The notes below the pieces were generated by a model that did not search any database, had not been told where the DNA came from, and saw only the letters and a list, made by a program, of their open reading frames with translations. Source: an uncultured Christensenellaceae bacterium (GTDB lineage Bacteria; Bacillota; Clostridia; Christensenellales; CAG-314). From it: a DNA stretch of 64,000 nt. This document shows positions 47,650 to 57,807 of this stretch, in pieces. Every line of letters begins with the position of its first letter. The first letter of the stretch is position 1. A program made the position numbers and the translations under genes. Location of the stretch: assembly GCA_910586625.1 (NCBI GenBank), contig CAJUIZ010000008.1, positions 2,618 through 66,617 of the forward strand, read 5' to 3'.

Positions 47650-49533
47650 TTACCGCGCTTTTATCTGCTCCTTGGTAAATTGCAGATTATACAACTCGAA
47701 GTAACGTCCTTTAAGCGAGAGCAACTCATGATGATTGCCCTGCTCTATAATTTCGCCGTTGCTTAAAACAAATATTTTATCCGCGTGTTGTATAGTTGAC
47801 AGCCTATGCGCCACAATCAGCATTGTGCCGACATTCATCATCTTGTGTAAACTGTCTTGTATAAGAATCTCCGTCTCAGTATCGATATTGGCAGTAGCTT
47901 CGTCTAAAATCATAACTTCGGGCTTATGAATAATCGTTCGCGCAAAGGACAGCAACTGACGCTGCCCTGCGGAGAAATTATTACCGCGCTCGCGTACTTC
48001 TTCGTCTAATCCACCCGTGAGCTTCGTTATGAAAGTATCCGCGTTGACGTATCTGCACGCCTGCATTATTTGCTCGTCGTCAAACTCGTCGCGAAGCGAT
48101 ATATTGCTGCGTATAGTACCAGAAAATAAAAATACATCTTGAAGCATTTGCCCGAAATGCTTGCGCAAAGAAGCAATTTTTATTCGGCGTATATTTATCC
48201 CATCCAGCAAAATCTCGCCTTTTTGAATATCGTAATTACGGCATAGCAGCGACAATATCGTAGTTTTTCCGCTGCCGGTAGAGCCTACAAACGCTACGGT
48301 ATCCTTAGCGTTAACATGGAAAGACACGTCTTTCAGCACCCATTCTCCTTCGTTATATGCAAACCAAACGTTTTTGAACTCTATTTCGCCCTTTACTTCG
48401 TCCAGTTCTACCGCATCCGCGTCGTCCACAACATGAGGCTGAACGTCCATAATGGTAAATATCTTTTCGGCGGAAGCCAATGCCGATTGCAATCGGTGAA
48501 ACTGCTCTGCAAGGCTTTGTATAGGATTAAAGAAACGCGATATGAACATATAAAACGCCACTATTACTTCGCTCGTAACAGTCTGTCCCATAAATACGAT
48601 ATTATCCAAATACCCTTTACAGCCAAGGAAGAACAGACACAATACCGACGAAATATACAGCATATATACCAACGGACGGAATATACTGAACACCAACGTC
48701 TGTCCGCGTTGAGCCTTGTAAAGCTTTTCGTTTTTAACCTCGAAATCATCGATTTTACGCTGCTCGCGGTTAAAAATTTGAATAATTTTCATACCGGACA
48801 AATTTTCCGACAAAAAAGTGTTTATGTCCGTCGTGGAGTTTTTAACCTGACGGTACGATTTCCGCGAAAATTTTCGGAAAATTACCGTAAACAAAACTAT
48901 AAACGGAACGAAACACAATACCATAAGCGTAAGCATATAGTTTACGCATAGCATAGCTACCAATACGCCCACTACTATAAACGCGTTTTTAACAAGATTA
49001 ACCAGCAATCTGGTGAACATCATCGAAATTGCGTTGGTATCGTAAGTGGCTCGCGTAACCAATTTGCCAACGGGAATTTGCGACAGCTGCGCGTGCGACA
49101 GGCTTTCGATATGTGCGAATACATCTTCCCGTAACCTGGATACTATTTTCTGTCCCGTTTTTTGCAATACAATCGCTTGAATATACGTGCTCACAAGCGA
49201 CACAATCAATATGCTTGCATACACACCCACGCGCCATAAAACGTCAGCCAATTGAAAATCCGTCTTAATTATACTTTCGATATTGGAAATAAGCAGCGGA
49301 GATAAAATATCGTAAGATATCGAAAACAGCATTACTATCCCAACTAACAGAAAGCTTTTCCAATACGGTTTGGCGTAACGCAGCAAACGCTTAAACAAAT
49401 CGCCGTCTTTGAGATTACGCTCGTAGCCCATACTCTCTTTTTTATCTTTAATCAATGCGAACACGGTAATTAAAACGGCGGATACTACGCCCAAAATCGC
49501 GCCTACAATCAAAATCGGGAGATATTCGTTCAT
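47650..49533 (-). CDS. ABC exporter, fused permease/ATPase, subunit 2 (consensus catalytic Glu, degenerate signature)
   Basis: Walker A GSTGSGKTT, signature FSAGQ, Walker B MILDEATANID. Start at the ATG at 49533 (SD aggaggg), one nucleotide after the upstream stop. Confidence 0.9.
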   Translation of the reverse strand: MNEYLPILIVGAILGVVSAVLITVFALIKDKKESMGYERNLKDGDLFKRLLRYAKPYWKSFLLVGIVMLFSISYDILSPLLISNIESIIKTDFQLADVLWRVGVYASILIVSLVSTYIQAIVLQKTGQKIVSRLREDVFAHIESLSHAQLSQIPVGKLVTRATYDTNAISMMFTRLLVNLVKNAFIVVGVLVAMLCVNYMLTLMVLCFVPFIVLFTVIFRKFSRKSYRQVKNSTTDINTFLSENLSGMKIIQIFNREQRKIDDFEVKNEKLYKAQRGQTLVFSIFRPLVYMLYISSVLCLFFLGCKGYLDNIVFMGQTVTSEVIVAFYMFISRFFNPIQSLAEQFHRLQSALASAEKIFTIMDVQPHVVDDADAVELDEVKGEIEFKNVWFAYNEGEWVLKDVSFHVNAKDTVAFVGSTGSGKTTILSLLCRNYDIQKGEILLDGINIRRIKIASLRKHFGQMLQDVFLFSGTIRSNISLRDEFDDEQIMQACRYVNADTFITKLTGGLDEEVRERGNNFSAGQRQLLSFARTIIHKPEVMILDEATANIDTETEILIQDSLHKMMNVGTMLIVAHRLSTIQHADKIFVLSNGEIIEQGNHHELLSLKGRYFELYNLQFTKEQIKAR

Positions 49534-49534
49534 A

Positions 49535-51307
49535 CTACATACCCTCCTGATCTTCAAGCTTTTGCAACGCAACCATATTGCGGTACTGTTCGCACCTTTC
49601 CAACAATTCGGCATGGGTACCCACATCGATAATTCTGCCGTTATCCAAGTATATTATCTTATCCAAACCCGAAACTGTAGAAACGCGGTGAGTGATAAGA
49701 ATCGTCGTCTTTCCCGCGCGCTCTTTCTTGAGATTACCGATAATCTTTCTTTCCGTATCAGTGTCCACTGCCGAGACCGAATCATCCAAAATAAGAATAG
49801 ACGAATTTTTCATCAAGGCGCGCGCAATAGATATGCGCTGCTTCTGCCCGCCCGATACAGTTACGCCGCGTTCGCCAAGTATCGTTTCGTAGCCGTTAGA
49901 AAATGTCTTTACATTATCGTCTATATCAGACATCTCCGCCGCAAGAACAATTTTTTCCGTAGTTACGTCATCCGAAGCGAACGCGATATTATTGGCAATC
50001 GTATCGGAAAATAAAAAGTTGTCCTGCGGAACGTAGGCGCAAAAACCGCGTAAACTTCGAGTGGTTATTTCGTTAACGTCCTTTCCGTCTATAAATAACG
50101 TTCCGTCTTCAACGTTGTAGCAACGCAATATAAGATCGGATAACGTAGTTTTGCCGCAACCGGTTTTTCCTACGATTCCGACGCTTTCGCCGCTATTTAT
50201 TGTGAAGGATACGTTGCTTAAAGCATTGTAATCGGCATCGGGATAGCGGAATGTAAGATTACGGAATTCGATATTGCCGTCAACTTTATCAAGATCGGCA
50301 GCACCGGGTCTGTCAACCGTATCCGATTTCGAGTCCAACAGCTCGGATACGCGCTTTAACGAAGCCTTTCCGCGCGACGACATTTCAATAAGCTCCGTTA
50401 CCGCCATAACAGGCCAAACAATTGCGTTGAAATATCCTATAAATTCCATCAATTGCCCTGCGTCGAACACGTCGGTTTTTACCAAATAAGCACCGTATCC
50501 CAATACGATACAAATAACCGATTCAACGAATAGCGTTACGAATACGTTTAGCAACGTACTTATTTTGGTATACGCCACGTTGGCGTTTTCGTTTTTTCTG
50601 TTAAGCCAACGGAATGCAAGCAATTCCTTAAATTCTTTAACGAACGCTTTGATGACTGCAATACCCGAAAAGCTTTCCTGCGCAAAATCGGACAAATCGG
50701 AAAACGCCTGTTGACGAACGTCCCACTTCATAGTCATATATTTTCCCACTATTATTCCGACAACCAGCATCAGCGCCATAGGAATTAAAGAAAACAACGT
50801 CATTTTCCAATCCATTCGGAACATTTTGTATAACGATAATCCGCCCATAAATACCGCGTCGAACGTCATCATAATGCCGCTTCCGAAGCAGTCCTGAACG
50901 GTTTCGAGATCGTTGGTAAACAATGACATCATATTGCCGACTTTGTTTTTCGAATAAAATTCGCAGGAAAGTCCGTTGCAATGTCTGAACATTTTTCCGC
51001 GCAAATCGCGCTCGACTTTATATCCGGAACCGAACAAACAAATACGCCAAGTAAATCTACCCACTACCAACACGGCGATAACGACAATCAGCGGTTTGCA
51101 AACATTGTTCCACAATACGTCCTTGTCGAATGCAACAATGTTATTGTTTATTTCTACCGTTCCGTCGTTAATACCGTTGATAACTATTCGGTATAATTCA
51201 GGTATAATCAATTGAAAATAATCGACGGCAATAAGCGCCAGAATACCGAACAGTATCCAAAGCGAATATTTCAAATAATACTTATTGATATGCTTGCCGA
51301 AAATCAT
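49535..51307 (-). CDS. ABC exporter, fused permease/ATPase, subunit 1 (degenerate catalytic residue)
   Basis: Walker A GKTGCGKTT, signature VSGGQ, Walker B ILILDDSVSAVD (Asp where the catalytic Glu is expected). Confidence 0.9.
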   Translation of the reverse strand: MIFGKHINKYYLKYSLWILFGILALIAVDYFQLIIPELYRIVINGINDGTVEINNNIVAFDKDVLWNNVCKPLIVVIAVLVVGRFTWRICLFGSGYKVERDLRGKMFRHCNGLSCEFYSKNKVGNMMSLFTNDLETVQDCFGSGIMMTFDAVFMGGLSLYKMFRMDWKMTLFSLIPMALMLVVGIIVGKYMTMKWDVRQQAFSDLSDFAQESFSGIAVIKAFVKEFKELLAFRWLNRKNENANVAYTKISTLLNVFVTLFVESVICIVLGYGAYLVKTDVFDAGQLMEFIGYFNAIVWPVMAVTELIEMSSRGKASLKRVSELLDSKSDTVDRPGAADLDKVDGNIEFRNLTFRYPDADYNALSNVSFTINSGESVGIVGKTGCGKTTLSDLILRCYNVEDGTLFIDGKDVNEITTRSLRGFCAYVPQDNFLFSDTIANNIAFASDDVTTEKIVLAAEMSDIDDNVKTFSNGYETILGERGVTVSGGQKQRISIARALMKNSSILILDDSVSAVDTDTERKIIGNLKKERAGKTTILITHRVSTVSGLDKIIYLDNGRIIDVGTHAELLERCEQYRNMVALQKLEDQEGM

Positions 51308-51337
51308 CTTAACACCGAAAAAAGTTATAATTAAGTT

Positions 51338-51366
51338 ATTTTATCATTCGTCAAACAAATAGTCAA
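51338..51366 (-). promoter_or_regulatory. Sigma-A promoter of the ABC exporter operon
   Basis: Minus strand reads TTGACT (51361-51366), 17 nt, TAAAAT (51338-51343). Confidence 0.5.
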
Positions 51367-51472
51367 TCAAATAGCCGTACAGTTGCAAATACCGTACGGC
51401 CAAATATCCAAATATTACAAAGGCCACCGCAATAAAGCGCATAGGAGTTCTGTCGGCTTTTTGTCAAGATAT

Positions 51473-51498
51473 AAAAAACGCGACTGCACACGCAGTCA
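51473..51498 (-). terminator. Terminator overlapping the recO stop codon
   Basis: Minus-strand stem gtgactgc/gcagtcgc followed by gtttttta. Confidence 0.6.
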
Positions 51499-52221
51499 CG
51501 CCAATTTAATAAGCTCGGACAGACTTTTTAACGGATAATAACTGTGAGATATATATTTGTTACAAAGCCCCAAAGCATCTTTCAATATATCGAGTGAAAC
51601 GTTTACGTTTGACAATTTTTCGTAAGGCATATCGCAAAGCATTTGGCAAATGGCAATCGAACGCGGACTCACGCGGATACTGTCAGCGGTCCTGCAATTA
51701 TCGCATACCAATCCGCCGCGCTGCAAATCCAAAAACAAACGACTACTCGGTTCTCCGCACGCGACGCACGCATTAAGCTGCAACTTTATTCCCTGCAAGT
51801 CGAAAAAAGCCAACATAAACCGCAACGTAACCGCCAACGGATGCTGAGAGCCGCACAACGCTTGCAGAGCTTTAAGCGTTTCGACGAATACAGGCGGATC
51901 GCTTTGCCCTTCTTCCGTATAAAGGGTCAGACACTCCGCAATTACGCATGCAGAATAATACGCGATAATATCTTCCCGCAAACAAAAAAAGCTTTCCAAC
52001 TGTTCGCACGTTTTAAGCGTAAACCTATCCTTAGACTGCGCTAATTCGTATTGTCCGAAACAAAATTGATCTACAGCGAATTTCAACTTGGCAGAGTTTT
52101 TGCGAACTCCGCGTGCGTGAACGGAAATTTTGCCGTATTCCAACGAATATAGCAAAACGTACTTATCGCTTTCCTTGAAGTCCGTCGATTTCAGTACCAC
52201 GGCTTTTGTCGTCACGTCCAT
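51496..52221 (-). CDS. recO: DNA repair protein RecO
   Basis: 241 aa with N-terminal OB fold and a zinc motif CxxC...CxxC (CVACGE...CDNC). Conserved era-recO order. Confidence 0.85.
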   Translation of the reverse strand: MDVTTKAVVLKSTDFKESDKYVLLYSLEYGKISVHARGVRKNSAKLKFAVDQFCFGQYELAQSKDRFTLKTCEQLESFFCLREDIIAYYSACVIAECLTLYTEEGQSDPPVFVETLKALQALCGSQHPLAVTLRFMLAFFDLQGIKLQLNACVACGEPSSRLFLDLQRGGLVCDNCRTADSIRVSPRSIAICQMLCDMPYEKLSNVNVSLDILKDALGLCNKYISHSYYPLKSLSELIKLA

Positions 52222-52300
52222 CTTTTGTCAATTCCTTGTACAAAACGTAATAAGCGGGGTTTCCCGTTTCGGTAAACAGTTTCCATACGGTATTTTTCAT
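52163..52300 (-). CDS. yqzL: YqzL-family small protein (45 aa), overlapping the recO start
   Basis: My own translation: MKNTVWKLFTETGNPAYYVLYKELTKDGRDDKSRGTEIDGLQGKR, with SD gggag upstream. The N-terminal F/W-KLF-x-TG...Y-L-KE pattern and the position between era and recO match Bacillus yqzL as I remember it. It falls below the ORF-track length cutoff. Confidence 0.55.
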   Translation of the reverse strand: MKNTVWKLFTETGNPAYYVLYKELTKDGRDDKSRGTEIDGLQGKR

Positions 52301-52391
52301 AGAGTCAATTCTCCCTTGCGACGTTAGTCAAGCCAACGTCTTACAGTACTATTTTGTCTACAATCCAACCGTATTATACTATAACAATTTA

Positions 52392-53279
52392 TTAGCGACG
52401 CTTGGAATAACCCAGTTCGTTAAGCATCGACGGATTGTTTCGCCAATCTTCTTTTACTTTAACCCACAAAGTCAAATAAACCCTTGCGTCCAACAGTTTT
52501 TCAATACTTTCGCGCGAGTGAACGCCTATGCCCTTTATCATTGCGCCGCCCTTACCCAGAATTATAGGTTTGTGCGAAGCCTTTTCAACTATTATTGTGG
52601 CGTCTATATCCCACGCTCCGTCTTCGTACTGCATCTTGTTGAGAACAACTCCAACGCCGTGCGGAATTTCCTGTTCGCAGCATAGCAGCACTTTTTCCCG
52701 AATTATTTCTCCCACCATATAACGTTGACTTTTGTCCGTTATATCGTCTTCTTCGAAATACATAGCGTTACCCGTAAGATACTTTTTCAGCCCTTGTTTT
52801 AGCTCGTCCACGCCCTTATTACGCTTTGCCGACACGCAGTAAACTTCGCTTATGCCTTCCATTCCGTTAAGTTTTGCAAGCTCAGGCATTAACTTATCGG
52901 GCTGAGTAATATCCGTTTTAGTAACCGCAACAACAATAGGAACATTACGCTTACGGTATTTGACAATTTGAGACAGTTCTTTGTCGTCTATTCCGTCGTG
53001 ACCGTCTATTACAACCAATATACAGTCGACATCTTGAACGGCCGTATCTATGCTTTTAAGCATATAATCGCCCAACGCGTTCTTACTTGTAAGAAAGCCG
53101 GGCGTATCTATAAATATCATTTGACTGTCGTCGTCCGTCCATATGCCCATTATGCTGTCCCGAGTTGTTTGCGGCTTCGGAGAGATGATAGACACTTTTT
53201 GTTTAATCAATGCGTTTAGTAACGTAGACTTGCCGGCATTTGCAAAGCCCACTATCACAATAAATCCGGTTTTTCTCAT
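52392..53279 (-). CDS. era: GTPase Era
   Basis: G1 GFANAGKSTLLN, G3 DTPG, G4 TKTD, and a C-terminal KH domain. Confidence 0.95.
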   Translation of the reverse strand: MRKTGFIVIVGFANAGKSTLLNALIKQKVSIISPKPQTTRDSIMGIWTDDDSQMIFIDTPGFLTSKNALGDYMLKSIDTAVQDVDCILVVIDGHDGIDDKELSQIVKYRKRNVPIVVAVTKTDITQPDKLMPELAKLNGMEGISEVYCVSAKRNKGVDELKQGLKKYLTGNAMYFEEDDITDKSQRYMVGEIIREKVLLCCEQEIPHGVGVVLNKMQYEDGAWDIDATIIVEKASHKPIILGKGGAMIKGIGVHSRESIEKLLDARVYLTLWVKVKEDWRNNPSMLNELGYSKRR

Positions 53280-53281
53280 AA

Positions 53282-53761
53282 TTATCTTGTAATATGCATT
53301 TTAGCAAGAATTTCGTCTTGAAGCGCGAACATTTGTTTTTCGTCGGCTTCGTTCATATGGTCGTATCCTAACAAATGCAGCATACCGTGTAAAGCAAGAA
53401 AGCACAGCTCTCTTTTTAATGAATGTCCGTAGCTGTATGCCTGTTCCTTAGCGACGTCTAAGCAAATAATCACGTCACCGATATTGAGCTTGCCGGTTTC
53501 GGGGTTGATACTGTCCAAAGCAAAAGCAGAAAAATTCAACGTCTTTCTTTCGGGATTATCCACCGTAGGAAATGATAAAACGTCCGTTACAGCGTCAACG
53601 TTGCGGATGTCTCTGTTTAACTCGCGTATTTCTTCGCGGGATACGAAGCTGACTGACATTTCGATGTCGTTATGCGGTTGACCGAGATACTTCAACGCGC
53701 CTGTAAGCAACCGTTTTATTGTAAACTTAATACATCCGGTATCCGTAAAATATATCGTCAT
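53282..53761 (-). CDS. ybeY: rRNA maturation endoribonuclease YbeY
   Basis: HGMLHLLGYDH zinc-binding motif. Confidence 0.95.
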   Translation of the reverse strand: MTIYFTDTGCIKFTIKRLLTGALKYLGQPHNDIEMSVSFVSREEIRELNRDIRNVDAVTDVLSFPTVDNPERKTLNFSAFALDSINPETGKLNIGDVIICLDVAKEQAYSYGHSLKRELCFLALHGMLHLLGYDHMNEADEKQMFALQDEILAKMHITR

Positions 53762-55189
53762 TTATCTTCCGCCCCCAACTTTGACGTCGGTATAACTTAT
53801 GCGCTTGTGACGTATTCCCAAAAACGTAGATACGACGGTATCCTTTATTATTTCTATTTCTTTCATTGTAATGTCGCATTCGACGAATTGTCCGAAAGAC
53901 ATTCTTTCGTTGATAATGTCGCTAACTATCTTTTCCGCGCTGTTTCTGTCTCCGCTTGCGCGCAGAGCCGCTTCGGAAGCGTCGCATATCATAAGAATTG
54001 CTGATATTTTTGTGGTAGGCTTGGGTCCGTCGTAGCAATAGCCGTCGTACGGCAAAAAGCCGTCGGTGTACTTTTGCGCTTTAAGAAAGAAATACTTTAT
54101 TGGCATTGTGCCGTGATGCTCGCAGATAGCCAACTGAACTTCCTTTGGCAGACCGTATTCCTTAGCTATAGCCAACCCGTTAAGCGTGTGATATTTTATC
54201 ATATTAACGCTGGCTTCGGGAGTCATATTATCGTGCGGATTAAATCCGTCAAACTGATTTTCAACGAAATAAGACGGGTTTTTTATTTTACCTATATCGT
54301 GATAATATGCGGCGGCTTTTGCTATTTGCGCGCTTTGCCCGATAGCTACCGCACACGCTTCGACGTAGGTTGCAACCGTGAGACAATGATTGTACGTTCC
54401 GGGAGCCTTTTCAAACAGCTTACGCATAAGCTCGTTGTCGGAAGTTGCAATCTCGGAAAAACGGAAAATGGACGACACGTTGAATATCTTTTCAAATAAC
54501 GGAACGGTAACAAACATTATCATAACGCTTATCATTCCGCTTCCGAGCGAGCAAACCGCAATTATCCAATACTCTTCCCACTTCCAAATAGATTCGAATA
54601 TTAGGTAACTGATAGTGCCGCAAATTACGGAAATGAGCCCTAACACCACGCCCGCCAAAACATAGCGAGATCTTCTATACTGCTTACCCAACAAAAACGA
54701 TACGAATACCGCTTCCGTAACGCCGCTGAAAAGTAAATAGAAAATATTGTCCACACGTTCGTTGGCGTCTTTTTTCCATATTATAGCCTGCATAAAGCAT
54801 AGCATAATAATTATGAAATTTGCGAAAAATCCGCATTTGCCTGAAACGATAATGGACAATACCAAAGAACAAATTGCAAAAGGTACTAAATAAATTGCGT
54901 ATTCCCACAATTGCGATAGTTGAATAATGCAGTAGGAAACAATCATCGTGCTGAACATAGCCCACGTTTCCCGTGCGTTTTCCATTACTTCGCGGTCGGC
55001 GAAGTAGACGTACAAACCCATAGATACCAAAAGCATCGCAGTAGTAATAAGCTGAACTGTAACGTTAATTTCGTTTATGCTCTTGATATTGGGTAAAACC
55101 GTCAAAGCGGAAAACAAAATAAACGCTATCACATAACTAGCGACTACCTGTTTCCACTTGATATTGTTTCGTTTGAGTTTCTTTGCCAT
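53762..55189 (-). CDS. 7TM-HD membrane phosphohydrolase (YqfF-like)
   Basis: Seven TMs followed by an HD domain (YHDIGK...HH). Conserved position between phoH and ybeY. Lacks the long N-terminal extracellular domain of Bacillus YqfF. Confidence 0.8.
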   Translation of the reverse strand: MAKKLKRNNIKWKQVVASYVIAFILFSALTVLPNIKSINEINVTVQLITTAMLLVSMGLYVYFADREVMENARETWAMFSTMIVSYCIIQLSQLWEYAIYLVPFAICSLVLSIIVSGKCGFFANFIIIMLCFMQAIIWKKDANERVDNIFYLLFSGVTEAVFVSFLLGKQYRRSRYVLAGVVLGLISVICGTISYLIFESIWKWEEYWIIAVCSLGSGMISVMIMFVTVPLFEKIFNVSSIFRFSEIATSDNELMRKLFEKAPGTYNHCLTVATYVEACAVAIGQSAQIAKAAAYYHDIGKIKNPSYFVENQFDGFNPHDNMTPEASVNMIKYHTLNGLAIAKEYGLPKEVQLAICEHHGTMPIKYFFLKAQKYTDGFLPYDGYCYDGPKPTTKISAILMICDASEAALRASGDRNSAEKIVSDIINERMSFGQFVECDITMKEIEIIKDTVVSTFLGIRHKRISYTDVKVGGGR

Positions 55190-56139
55190 TATTTATCCTC
55201 TGTTTCGTACGCTTTGACGATTTTCTGCACTAACGGATGCCGTACTACGTCCCGTTCGCTCAGTTTTATTATGCCTATATCGTCGATATCCTTGAGTATT
55301 CTTATAGCGTGTTTCAGTCCCGAAGTCAAGCCTTTCGGCAGGTCGACCTGCGTTAGGTCTCCCGTTATTACCATTTTACTGTTTTCTCCGAGTCTTGTCA
55401 AAAACATTTTTATCTGTTCTTTGGTGGTATTCTGCGCTTCGTCCAATATGACGTAAGCATTGGACAGCGTTCTTCCGCGCATATACGCTAACGGGGCTAT
55501 CTCGATAGTTCCGCGTTCCAGCATTTTAGAAAACGTTTCGTTACCGAACATTTCCTGCAAAGCGTCATACAGCGGTCGCAAATACGGATTGACTTTTTCC
55601 TGCAAATCACCGGGGAGAAAACCCAACTTTTCGCCAGCTTCCACAGCAGGACGCGTAAGTATAATTTTGTCAACTTTTTTCGCCTTGAATTCGTTAACGG
55701 CTATGGCGACGGCAAGATAAGTTTTACCTGTACCTGCAGGACCGACGCCGAAGGTTACCGTTTTCTTTTTCATTAAATCGACATATTTCTTTTGACCGAC
55801 CGTTTTGCACTTGATAGGTTTGCCGCGATTGGTTATCGCCACCATTTCGCCCAACAACTCGTCCACTTCGTCAAGTTTATCGTCGCGAACGCAATCAAGC
55901 AAATAGTTGACTCTACCAATATCAACGCTGTCGCCGTTGTAAATAAAACTTTTAAGTTTGTCTATAACGGCCATAGCTTTGTCGACGTTATGTTCTTCGC
56001 CGTATACGCTGCATTGCCCGTCCTGCAAAACGAACCGCACGTCCAAAGCCGCGCTTATCGCCTTTGTATTCTCGTCGAATGGTCCGAATAATTTAATCAA
56101 TTCGTCCATAGACGACGTTTCGATAATTTTAGAAACCAA
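55189..56139 (-). CDS. phoH: PhoH-like ATPase
   Basis: Walker A GPAGTGKTYLA and PhoH core motifs (ILTRPAVEAGEKLGFLPGD, ILDEAQN). Confidence 0.95.
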   Translation of the reverse strand: MVSKIIETSSMDELIKLFGPFDENTKAISAALDVRFVLQDGQCSVYGEEHNVDKAMAVIDKLKSFIYNGDSVDIGRVNYLLDCVRDDKLDEVDELLGEMVAITNRGKPIKCKTVGQKKYVDLMKKKTVTFGVGPAGTGKTYLAVAIAVNEFKAKKVDKIILTRPAVEAGEKLGFLPGDLQEKVNPYLRPLYDALQEMFGNETFSKMLERGTIEIAPLAYMRGRTLSNAYVILDEAQNTTKEQIKMFLTRLGENSKMVITGDLTQVDLPKGLTSGLKHAIRILKDIDDIGIIKLSERDVVRHPLVQKIVKAYETEDK

Positions 56140-56151
56140 CTAAACCTCCGA

Positions 56152-57234
56152 TTACCGTAATTCTATTTTTCCAATCAATCTCGCTTCCGCTCCGCTTGCG
56201 TTAACGTCGTATATTACTTCGTCAATTGCAAAGTCGCAATTACCTTTGGCTACTTCGTACGCCTGCGCTTTCAATTCTTCCGCGCATTCGTCAACAGTAG
56301 CGGAAACGGTAACGCGCTCCGTTTCGCAATATACGGTTGTTACAATCTGCAAATTCAACGGATGCAAATAAGCTACGCTTTTGTCCGTCGTATAACGCTC
56401 GAACGGACAATTACGAGAGTATTCCTTACCGAACAAAACCACTCCGGTAGTTTTGAATAAGTTACCCGTAGGCTGCTCGACGGTTCGCACGCCCGTGTAT
56501 TCGGCGAAACCGACGGCGGTAAGCTGAATTGTCACGCGCCCGAGAGCGTAAACGTCTCGGCTGGTTCCGTCGTTGAAAATTCTTTGTCCCGCTATAAGCA
56601 CGTCGCCGGCCCTTACCGTGTCGCCAGCCTTCACAAGCGGGGTTCCCTGCTCGCACATGACGCTTGCCACCACTCCGTCCCGTGTAGCCACAATATCGCG
56701 CCGCTTAGTCATATCGACAGGCGCGTCTATTTCCTTGCGCTTGACGGCATTGACGTAAACTACACTGCCCTTGCGCGATACTACCGCGTACATAGCGTCC
56801 AATTCGTTGGCTACGGCATTTTCAACCCTGTCCACATTCCAATCGTACAAACGTCCGCCGACGCGAACGCCCGCGTTGGACAGCGCCTGCAAAACCTCGT
56901 TATTGTCATAGTCGCCCGCGACTTCGATACGAAAGCAGAATTGAGATAAAACCGCAGTCATAGCCACGCACAGCAAAATTATTACGGGCAGAACAAAACG
57001 CGCTCGAATAAATCGCCTGACAGCGGAAACGCCCTTATAGCGTATTCCGACTATATTATAGCACTTTTCTTCCAACAACGCAATAACTTCGCGCAAACGA
57101 GTTTGCGGAACTTCTATTTCACAAAGCTTTCCGCGCTTTATAACGTTAAGCACAGTTATATCGCGCTTGCAAAGAGTATTGAACAAACGGTTTAAGTTTA
57201 ACCCTTCAAAGGATATAACGCAGCTACTTTTCAT
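56152..57234 (-). CDS. yqfD: Sporulation protein YqfD
   Basis: 360 aa with a central TM and a YqfD-like pattern (F.GLNLNRLFN...FRIEV.G...L...GV..G). Follows yqfC. Confidence 0.75.
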   Translation of the reverse strand: MKSSCVISFEGLNLNRLFNTLCKRDITVLNVIKRGKLCEIEVPQTRLREVIALLEEKCYNIVGIRYKGVSAVRRFIRARFVLPVIILLCVAMTAVLSQFCFRIEVAGDYDNNEVLQALSNAGVRVGGRLYDWNVDRVENAVANELDAMYAVVSRKGSVVYVNAVKRKEIDAPVDMTKRRDIVATRDGVVASVMCEQGTPLVKAGDTVRAGDVLIAGQRIFNDGTSRDVYALGRVTIQLTAVGFAEYTGVRTVEQPTGNLFKTTGVVLFGKEYSRNCPFERYTTDKSVAYLHPLNLQIVTTVYCETERVTVSATVDECAEELKAQAYEVAKGNCDFAIDEVIYDVNASGAEARLIGKIELR

Positions 57235-57502
57235 CGTTTAATACCCCTACTTGACGGATATTTCCGGTTACAACGGCAAAACGCTTTTCCAAACACCTGA
57301 TACGCAAATTCGTACCTTCTACATTCAACACCGTTTTGGAAACGGCAAAAGAGACTACTTCATCCGAGTAGCCTACTATGCCCTTGTGCCCTTCGATAAC
57401 AACAGTGCTATTGCCGAATACGGAATATTTGTAGCTTCCGATTAAAGTAGCTAATTCCAGCCCGCATATCTCGGATATGCTTTCGTTAAAAGAATCGTTC
57501 AT
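57224..57502 (-). CDS. yqfC: YabP/YqfC-family sporulation protein
   Basis: 92 aa with a beta-rich YabP-like pattern (VVIEGHKGIVGYSD...VEGTNLRIRCL...VTGNI). Confidence 0.7.
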   Translation of the reverse strand: MNDSFNESISEICGLELATLIGSYKYSVFGNSTVVIEGHKGIVGYSDEVVSFAVSKTVLNVEGTNLRIRCLEKRFAVVTGNIRQVGVLNDEK

Positions 57503-57549
57503 ACCTTTAATATATGACGGGTATCGTCAATTCTTTCAACTAAAATCAA

Positions 57550-57807
57550 TTACACCAAGTTATCCAAAACCTTAGCGATTTCATCCAATTTTTCCTGACG
57601 CTCGTCTCCCGTAGCGTTTAGCACGCAATGGTTTATATGCGCGTTAAGCACTTCGCGGTTTACCTTGGACAAGATAGCTTGACAAGCCATAATCTGATTA
57701 GACACTTCTATGCAATAGCGGTCTTCTTCGATCATCTTAAGTATACCGTCTATCTGCCCGCGAGCCGTTTTAAGCAGTCTGTTTACTTTTGTTGTATCTC
57801 CCGTCAT
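57550..57807 (-). CDS. csoR: CsoR-family copper-sensing repressor
   Basis: DUF156 fold with C-H-C ligands (RYC ... HINHC). The ATG overlaps the copA stop (ATGA). Confidence 0.85.
   Translation of the reverse strand: MTGDTTKVNRLLKTARGQIDGILKMIEEDRYCIEVSNQIMACQAILSKVNREVLNAHINHCVLNATGDERQEKLDEIAKVLDNLV

Noticed and set aside
49534-49626. Tracked start of the second ABC subunit at 49626.
   Set aside because: It would overlap the upstream ABC gene by 92 nt. The ATG at 49533 has a strong SD and begins the first TM helix.
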